A stretch of 64,000 nucleotides of DNA, taken from NCBI GenBank assembly GCA_040880485.1, contig JBBDIJ010000002.1:51518-115517 (forward strand), read 5' to 3'. The notes under the pieces were generated by a model, which saw only the letters and a list, made by a program, of their open reading frames with translations, searched no databases and was not told the DNA's origin. Shown here piece by piece: positions 39,552 to 45,509 of this stretch. Source of the DNA: Balneolaceae bacterium. GTDB taxonomy: Bacteria; Bacteroidota; Rhodothermia; Balneolales; Balneolaceae. Numbering within the stretch: position 1 is the first letter of the stretch; each line of letters opens with the position of its first letter. A program made the translations under genes and the position numbers.

Positions 39552-40378
39552 TCAATTTCAAACGTTGTCGAGTGTGAAACCGGCGGCATCTGAATCAGGT
39601 TTCTTGATGAGATATCGCTTCTGGACGATTCAAATGTCACTTCAGCTCTGTAGGTTCCGGCTCCCAGGTCAGTAGCCTGGAATTCGCTTCGGTGATGGTT
39701 GCGGAAATAGACGGAAGTGGAGCTGTTCTGCTCCTGAACAAGCTGGTCGTTGCTGTTGTAGATGCGCACCGTTGCACTCCCCAGAAAGGGGGCGGAACCG
39801 GTTCTCTCCACATCGGTAAATATCATCAGCTGGTCGTTGTTCGTTTCGGCGCTCACGCTGTGGATCTGAAGGCCGGTGTTCGGACTTCCGACTTCAAGTA
39901 GTACGGCTGTAATCTGGTCGACCTGAAATGCCACCCTTGCGGTGACCCCTTCCGTCTCTTCTCCGATCGGTGGGGTTACCATGTTGGAGGAGACTCTCAT
40001 CCGGGTCCAGTAGATACCATCCTCCAGGTTTCCGGGGGGACGTCCCACGAGGCGAACGGTCTGTCGTTGTCCGGGTTGCAGCACAAAGGTAGTGGGGAAG
40101 GCTCGGAGCCACTCCTGCAGGGAGTACCGCTCTTCTGCCTCCCCGTCGTCGTAGTTGAGGGTCACATTGCCGTTCTCGTCGGTTTGCGGATAGGCGAATT
40201 CGAAGGAGAGGCGCACCTCGACCGGCTCATTAGCCGGATTGGAGACATAGAAGGAGCCGACGCCGGAGCTCTTTTCGAGAAAAACGGCGGTAGGAGAAAT
40301 AGTGACCTGAGCCAGTGCAGTGCCTGCGGAGAGAAGAAGAAGCACTATTCCGGAGAGAAGTAGTCGTTTGGGTTTCAT
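39548..40378 (-). CDS. PapD-like periplasmic fimbrial chaperone
   Basis: Signal peptide ending ALAQ. VTISPTAVFL...FYVSNPANEPVEVRL...FPTTFVLQPGQRQTVRLV parallels the PapD N-domain pattern (IxPTRxI, LxVxN, PPxxxLxPGxxQxVR). The length fits two Ig-like domains. Confidence 0.5.
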   Translation of the reverse strand: MKPKRLLLSGIVLLLLSAGTALAQVTISPTAVFLEKSSGVGSFYVSNPANEPVEVRLSFEFAYPQTDENGNVTLNYDDGEAEERYSLQEWLRAFPTTFVLQPGQRQTVRLVGRPPGNLEDGIYWTRMRVSSNMVTPPIGEETEGVTARVAFQVDQITAVLLEVGSPNTGLQIHSVSAETNNDQLMIFTDVERTGSAPFLGSATVRIYNSNDQLVQEQNSSTSVYFRNHHRSEFQATDLGAGTYRAEVTFESSRSDISSRNLIQMPPVSHSTTFEIE

Positions 40379-40455
40379 GGGTTCGTTTCGTGAATGTCTT
40401 GCCCTGCCTGACGGTTGGAAAAGTCTGTAAAAAATGAGCTACCGCAATTATAATC

Positions 40456-40490
40456 AAAAAAAAGGCTCCATGAAATGAAGCCTTTTTTTT
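40456..40490 (-). terminator. hairpin terminator/attenuator between the major-subunit gene and the chaperone gene
   Basis: A8-GGCTCCA-TGAAA-TGAAGCC-T8: a 7-bp stem with one mismatch, flanked by an A8 and a T8 run. It lies in the 137-nt gap after the stop at 40516. Confidence 0.55.
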
Positions 40491-40515
40491 CTGATTTTCC
40501 GTACGTTCTATCGGT

Positions 40516-41031
40516 TTAGATACCAGTGTATTGAACCGTTATAGTCAGGTTCGACCCGTTCGTGTTGGTGGTGCTGTAATCTCCCGCTACAGTAGCTGCG
40601 TCCAATGCTCCACCAACCGTGAATACCAGAGGGCCAGTTGAAAGATCGAAATCGGTTCCAGCCGGCAGTACCTCGGTGTTGCCGCTATTTTCGAAGATGG
40701 AGGGAGTAAAGGTCAGGGTGTTGGTACCGTCACCATCGGCCAGTGTGGCTGTTCCGAAGGATATGGCGGCATTTGCATCTCCGGCAACTGTAAAAGCACC
40801 GGTCTGAGCGTTCTCCCCGACATTTTCATCGGGGTCGTCGCTCGCGTTGGCGTTCAGATAGGCGCCGCTATTCTGAGAGATGGTTCCGAAATTAACGTTT
40901 GTAATGTCGGAGAACGTAATAGCAGCCTGAACGTCTGCCGCTACCTCGATATCCTGAGTGGATTGAGCCTGTGCCTGTACAGTAAATACGATGGCGATTA
41001 CCAGGATCGGGGCAATGATTAATTTATTCAT
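40516..41031 (-). CDS. DUF4402-like secreted protein, candidate major filament subunit
   Basis: The ATG at 41031 gives MNKLIIAPILVIAIVFTVQAQAQ (signal peptide). The mature protein is Ala/Thr/Gly/Asn-rich with NVNFGTI, GAFTVAGD and a C-terminal GDYSTT...LTITVQYTGI. It has its own upstream region and downstream terminator. Confidence 0.6.
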   Translation of the reverse strand: MNKLIIAPILVIAIVFTVQAQAQSTQDIEVAADVQAAITFSDITNVNFGTISQNSGAYLNANASDDPDENVGENAQTGAFTVAGDANAAISFGTATLADGDGTNTLTFTPSIFENSGNTEVLPAGTDFDLSTGPLVFTVGGALDAATVAGDYSTTNTNGSNLTITVQYTGI

Positions 41032-41098
41032 GGTCTGTAGGATTGGTTGCGCGTTTAAAATCTTCAATGAAAGTTTATTGCTATTTTCGGTGCCGCCC

Positions 41099-41116
41099 AA
41101 GTTAGAAGCCTTTAAT
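41099..41116. promoter_or_regulatory. proximal copy of an 18-nt repeat AAGTTAGAAGCYTTTAAT upstream of the major-subunit gene
   Basis: AAGTTAGAAGCCTTTAAT, with one mismatch to the copy at 41209-41226. It contains the dyad-like TTAGAAGCCTTTAA. Confidence 0.4.
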
Positions 41117-41208
41117 TAACAAGCTCTAATGTCAGTAGCTTTCCGTTTTTAACCCATGCATTTTTTTCTGTAGATATAGAGATGATATCAGGTTCCCTGC
41201 CCAATCCA

Positions 41209-41226
41209 AAGTTAGAAGCTTTTAAT
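41209..41226. promoter_or_regulatory. distal copy of the 18-nt repeat; its minus-strand reading contains TAACTTTG
   Basis: AAGTTAGAAGCTTTTAAT, one substitution away from the perfect palindrome TTAGAAGCTTCTAA. The reverse complement of 41207-41214 is TAACTTTG, which matches the Bacteroidetes -7 consensus TAnnTTTG. Confidence 0.4.
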
Positions 41227-41261
41227 ATATACGATGCATGAGGGTGAGTAGAAAAGTGGAC

Positions 41262-41798
41262 TCAATCGTAGAGGATGTCGAGTACAATCTCTCCGGAGTA
41301 GGTTGCATTCGGGATATTGCCGACCTCTACTTCACCATAGAGATAGAGGAATACAGAGGACCAGTTCTGCCCCGGTGCGTTGGGAGGGGGCTGAATGGTA
41401 ACATCCTCCGTTGGGAGTGTGAAGGGGCGAGCCAGCCTGTAATCATTCACGCCGAAATCGACCAGAGCCGCCTCCATCCGGATAGGTATGGTGGCCGTAA
41501 TCGCCGGGTCGGTGGCGGTCAGCCTCTCGGGAAGGTTCAGCGTGAAGTGCAATCGCTGGCCTGTGAGGCCATTGATTCCGAATACGCCCATGCCCATATC
41601 TCCGAGTTCAACCCGGCTTATACCATTGCCAGCCACGACGCTCCCGAAGGAGAGGTTGCTCTCTACAGTGGCATTGACCTCCGAGGGGACCTCAATCTCT
41701 ACGGTCAGGAACTGGCCACTGAGTTGAGGGGGTACCCAGAGGGAGAGCAGTAGTGTGAGAATGGGTACCGGGAGGGTGTGTGTCACCTTCCTACACAT
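41262..41798 (-). CDS. DUF4402-like secreted protein (minor subunit candidate)
   Basis: Signal peptide ending LSGQ. SNLSFGSVV and C-terminal ATYSGEIVLDILYD. 8-nt overlap with the upstream gene. Confidence 0.5.
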   Translation of the reverse strand: MCRKVTHTLPVPILTLLLSLWVPPQLSGQFLTVEIEVPSEVNATVESNLSFGSVVAGNGISRVELGDMGMGVFGINGLTGQRLHFTLNLPERLTATDPAITATIPIRMEAALVDFGVNDYRLARPFTLPTEDVTIQPPPNAPGQNWSSVFLYLYGEVEVGNIPNATYSGEIVLDILYD

Positions 41799-42399
41799 CG
41801 GCCTGTTCGTAATAGATGGTTACCGTAATGGTGCCCTGGTAGTATCCGGCGTCCACATTTCCGACGTCGATGGTTCCGTAGAGGTAGAGGTATGCGTTCT
41901 CGTTCACCAGGCTCTGATCGAAATCAAGCGTTGGAGGGGGTGGGGGAGGCCCGGGAGCGTTTTGCAGCCGTCCCAGTATGGGGAATCGGGCGTTTGAAAA
42001 GTTGTTGACGACCGGAATGTACTGGGAGTCGCCCAGGTTGTTCTCTCCTCTGTTGGCATAAGCTGCCTGCAAGTTGAAAGGGATGCTGCAGGAGGGGTCT
42101 CCGCTGCAGGCGGCATTCCCTTCGAGAAGGAGCTCTCCGTCTGCCTCTATCTGAACAAAGGCATCCAGATAGTTTACACCTGTGACCATCAGGGCTTTCG
42201 CCTGGGGCAGTTCCACTTCATAGAGGCCGCCACCAGTTACAATGGGCCCTTCAAAGACCAGGTCATCCAGAGAGAGCTGGTCGAGTGTGATGGTATAGCT
42301 CTCATACTGGCTGAAAGAGAGCTCCTGCCCGAATCCGCTCTTTGCCACAAAAACAAGCATCAGAGAAGCGGCAAGGATATGTTTGCAGAAGTGCCTCAT
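41791..42399 (-). CDS. DUF4402-like secreted protein with Cys pair and poly-proline insert
   Basis: Signal peptide ending GFGQ. C-terminal GYYQGTITVTIYYEQADV, plus CSGDPSC and APGPPPPPPT inserts. The track start at 42402 is TTG. I use the adjacent ATG at 42399, which shares one nt with the upstream stop. Confidence 0.45.
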   Translation of the reverse strand: MRHFCKHILAASLMLVFVAKSGFGQELSFSQYESYTITLDQLSLDDLVFEGPIVTGGGLYEVELPQAKALMVTGVNYLDAFVQIEADGELLLEGNAACSGDPSCSIPFNLQAAYANRGENNLGDSQYIPVVNNFSNARFPILGRLQNAPGPPPPPPTLDFDQSLVNENAYLYLYGTIDVGNVDAGYYQGTITVTIYYEQADV

Positions 42400-42977
42400 C
42401 AATTGTACTCCACTTCCAATGTAAACTCCCCTTCATAGGCTCCGGTGGTGGCGTCTTCCAGATTGACGAGCCCTCCGATCCAGAGGTAGAATTGGCCTTC
42501 TTCGTTAAACTGATACTCCCGGCTGTCCGGCTCCAAAACCTCCGCCGTGTCCTGTTCGTCGAGATAATTTCCAGCTACATCGAACCGGATGCCAAGAAGG
42601 CCGGTGCGCTCGATGTTTACCATTTCCCGATTGCGCAGCCAGGTGACCTGAAACGAGGAACCAGGTGATCCCTGGGCCACCATCTTTCCCGCCCTGGGGC
42701 TCAGAACCGGGTCTATATTCAGCTCCCTCTGATCTGCTTGCAATTCACTGAAATCCATACCCTGTAGCGTGACCACTTCAAGCGACTGCAATACGCTGGC
42801 ACTCACCTGAATGGTAATGATCTCCTGCTTTCTGTCCTCGCTCTGGGCGGCCAGTTTTGAGGGAAACAGAAAGGCCGGAACAAGACAAAGAAACCATGCC
42901 ACAGGAAGCAAATTATGCAAACTCACTTGTATCCCGACGGAGAGAAGAACCGGCTTTATTTTGTTGCGAAAATTCAT
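42399..42977 (-). CDS. DUF4402-like secreted protein (minor subunit candidate)
   Basis: C-terminus GAYEGEFTLEVEYN matches the GxYxGxFxVxVxYN ending I recall for DUF4402 proteins. Long N-terminal signal/anchor ending KLAAQ. The track start at 42992 is TTG, so I prefer the ATG at 42977. Confidence 0.5.
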   Translation of the reverse strand: MNFRNKIKPVLLSVGIQVSLHNLLPVAWFLCLVPAFLFPSKLAAQSEDRKQEIITIQVSASVLQSLEVVTLQGMDFSELQADQRELNIDPVLSPRAGKMVAQGSPGSSFQVTWLRNREMVNIERTGLLGIRFDVAGNYLDEQDTAEVLEPDSREYQFNEEGQFYLWIGGLVNLEDATTGAYEGEFTLEVEYN

Positions 42978-43058
42978 GCCCAAAGATCGCAAGAAGCAGA
43001 CGCGTCCCCTAATTAAGCTTTTTTAACACGAACCCTGATCGGCTACAGTGAAGCCACC

Positions 43059-44111
43059 CTACTCATAGATACTTGTGGCCGTGTATTTGCGGCCGGCGCC
43101 GTTTACGTTGGCTGATGCTTTTTTTGCATACTCTATGGCCTGGCAGTCGTACTGAATGTTCACGTTACCGCTAATACCGACATCCATAGTTCCTATATCA
43201 TTTGTATTACCGATCAGCATCGAACCGTTAATACTGGGGGTCCCCTTGGCAGAGAGGGAGAAGGCGTTTTCGAAGATCACCAGGCCGTTGAATGTAAAGT
43301 TCCCTCCCAGATCCAGCTCACCTTCCATCTCCAGCTCTCCGTTGGTCCGGATTACCAGGATACCATATCCCTCACTGGCACCACCCTTTAGTTGGGTAGA
43401 GGAGGTGACAAAGAAGACACCGGGATTATCGGCAGAGCCAAGAGGTTCATTCACGTTACCTCCGAGAAACTGTGCCCCAGGTTGCTCCTCCAGCCTTTGA
43501 ATCATTTCTGTGACATCATCGAAGTTGAGAGCAGGGTCGACCTCGATTGCGGGATCTCCATCAATCTGGCTGGCATATCCCTCCACTTTATCTTCGCCTT
43601 CGGCGCTCTGTACCGCTACACCGGGCCCATCTTCACAAGTCATGCTGGCGTCATTGCCGCTAATGGATGCAGAAGCTCCGTCTATGCCGAAGGTAAAATC
43701 GTCGGTAGCGATACCGATCGCCCCATTGAAATCCGGTAAGAAGTGCAACTCCTGAAGTTGATAGGTGACGTTGATCGACTGTTCCTGGTCGCCCACGGTA
43801 CCTGTAGCACGGAGGCGGTAGGTTACGTCATCTTCGTCGGCCGGGTCGGCGCAGTAGATAAACTGCACGATGGCGGTTCCCTCATCCAGCGCGTAGGTCA
43901 GGCTGCCGTCCTGGGTGCACACTGTCTCGTCCTGCATCATCTGGTGAATCGTGAGCTCCAGGGCAGAGTGTGCGATATTAGAGGATTGGGTGCGTTCAGC
44001 GTATCCGGTACTGTGCCGGGAAAGGCCCAGAACCGTGTCCTGAAGGCCCGATTGTGTGATTCCGACGGAGAGAAGCACGCCGGATACGATAATGAGCATG
44101 GCACGTCCCAT
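43059..44111 (-). CDS. PilX-N-like pseudopilin-like protein with beta-helix-like C-terminal part
   Basis: N-terminus MGRAMLIIVSGVLLSVGITQSG followed by NIAHSALELTIHQM resembles the PilX N-terminal domain. The C-terminal GYGILVIRTNGELEMEGELDLGGNFTFNGLVIFENAFSLSAKGTPSINGSMLIG resembles the repetitive end of PilX-like proteins. Confidence 0.45.
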   Translation of the reverse strand: MGRAMLIIVSGVLLSVGITQSGLQDTVLGLSRHSTGYAERTQSSNIAHSALELTIHQMMQDETVCTQDGSLTYALDEGTAIVQFIYCADPADEDDVTYRLRATGTVGDQEQSINVTYQLQELHFLPDFNGAIGIATDDFTFGIDGASASISGNDASMTCEDGPGVAVQSAEGEDKVEGYASQIDGDPAIEVDPALNFDDVTEMIQRLEEQPGAQFLGGNVNEPLGSADNPGVFFVTSSTQLKGGASEGYGILVIRTNGELEMEGELDLGGNFTFNGLVIFENAFSLSAKGTPSINGSMLIGNTNDIGTMDVGISGNVNIQYDCQAIEYAKKASANVNGAGRKYTATSIYE

Positions 44112-44171
44112 ATCAGCTCCATTTCATTTTCAGGTTATAGGTCATTTCATTCTTCACGGCTGGAACCGGTT

Positions 44172-44825
44172 TTAGAGGTCCAGGTTGGGCGGTACAATGG
44201 TTTTTCGCCATTGGGAGGCGGGAAACCGCACCTCCCCGCCCGGCATACCCACCCCTTCCCGGGGCTGGGTCTCTACAAATATTTCGATCCGTCGTATTTC
44301 ACTCATGTCAGATGCGGCTATCGGGAACGTCATTGGAGTATTGCTGCCAGCAGTATAGTACTGCAGTTCAAAACGTGTAACCCCAATTCCGATGTTGGTA
44401 ACTTCGTCCGTGGTGGCCCCGGTCACAATGCTGCCACCCGGGGTGTCAATCACCATATTACTGGAGACGATTCGCTGGAGAATTCGGTGATCCGGGTTTC
44501 CGCTTCCGGGAACCATCTGGTCGGTGTAACCCCACATGACAATCGGAGGATTTCCGGCAAGGACCGGATCGGCTTCTACGTTGGCTTCAAATGCGATGGT
44601 GTCGGGTGTGGCCAGAAAAATTGGAGAAGAGATTGCTCCATCGATATCATAACCGGCTTTCTGGAAGTCGAATAGAAGCATCTCGTAAACCGCTTCTATA
44701 TGGGTTTTGGACATCTCATGAAGTGCAAGGTCGGAGGAGTGCTGGCCCAGACGCAGATTGAGTGTGGCGATCATCAGGATCAGCACACCTGAAATGATAA
44801 AGCTCATTGAGAGTCCGAGGTTCAT
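44172..44825 (-). CDS. PilW/GspJ-like pseudopilin-like protein
   Basis: Single N-terminal hydrophobic helix (MSFIISGVLILMIATLNL). LLFDFQKAGYD and VTRFELQYYTAG...IRRIEIFVETQ resemble minor-pilin beta-sheet signatures. There is no GFTLIE motif. Confidence 0.35.
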   Translation of the reverse strand: MNLGLSMSFIISGVLILMIATLNLRLGQHSSDLALHEMSKTHIEAVYEMLLFDFQKAGYDIDGAISSPIFLATPDTIAFEANVEADPVLAGNPPIVMWGYTDQMVPGSGNPDHRILQRIVSSNMVIDTPGGSIVTGATTDEVTNIGIGVTRFELQYYTAGSNTPMTFPIAASDMSEIRRIEIFVETQPREGVGMPGGEVRFPASQWRKTIVPPNLDL

Positions 44826-44837
44826 ACCTTTACTTCC

Positions 44838-45356
44838 TCAGTCGTGATTGTAGGTTCGTACATAGGCCACCCGAACAGGATTGGTCAGAGAGGGGTTGGT
44901 TACCGTGACCACCATTCGTTTATGCCGGGTACGTATAGTGGTGGGAGTGGCCGGATCGTCCTCCGTAACATAGTGTACCTCTGCTGAAATCTCATACGGG
45001 CCCAGGTTGGTATCCATCACCTCTTCCCAGCCGTGGTACCCTTCATATGAAGCTATATCGCTGCGGTTGCCTGCCGTCGTATGGGGGAAATTGGGGGCGG
45101 CAAACTCTTCGGGCATCTGAATCGGAATGTGTCCATCTACTGTAACACTGTCGAAGGGACGCAGGAGGGCCTCCTCAATCAGATCCTGGCCCAGAGTGAC
45201 CGCCAGCATCTCCACTTCCGACGCCACCTGCTGTTGGGTGTTGGAGAGCATATAGCGATTGGTGGATAGAAGAATGATCGAGAAAATCACCATCGCCCCC
45301 ACCACCTGTATCACTTCTGCGTATCCGTTCATATCATTTCCGTTATGAGCTGTCAT
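44838..45356 (-). CDS. PilV-like pseudopilin-like protein
   Basis: N-terminus MTAHNGNDMNG-YAEVIQVVGAMVIFSIILL: a Gly followed by a hydrophobic helix, with Glu at +3 rather than the canonical +5. Small globular C-terminal part. Confidence 0.35.
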   Translation of the reverse strand: MTAHNGNDMNGYAEVIQVVGAMVIFSIILLSTNRYMLSNTQQQVASEVEMLAVTLGQDLIEEALLRPFDSVTVDGHIPIQMPEEFAAPNFPHTTAGNRSDIASYEGYHGWEEVMDTNLGPYEISAEVHYVTEDDPATPTTIRTRHKRMVVTVTNPSLTNPVRVAYVRTYNHD

Positions 45357-45394
45357 GAAGGCCCCGACACTGCAATGAGTTCGGTACCTTTTTA

Positions 45395-45408
45395 TTAGAA
45401 AATTCTAA
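45395..45408. promoter_or_regulatory. dyad TTAGAAAATTCTAA upstream of the pseudopilin-like genes
   Basis: An exact copy of the site at 36375-36388 (the identical stretch is the 15-mer TTAGAAAATTCTAAT). It lies about 40-50 nt upstream of the ATG at 45356, in the 153-nt gap after the adhesin gene. Confidence 0.4.
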
Positions 45409-45509
45409 TGAATTAGGTTCAATCTACAAAATTTCATCAGTAATTCCATCCTGATCATTCAATGTGAACGTAAATGTTATCGTAGTCAATACATTTCATA
45501 CATACCGAC

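Noticed and set aside
43743-44675. 310-aa plus-strand ORF inside the island, antisense to the PilX-like and PilW-like genes
   Set aside because: I considered it as a hidden island gene. It has no signal or motif and a Gly/His/Arg/Val-rich composition. It is fully overlapped by two minus-strand ORFs that fit the operon spacing.
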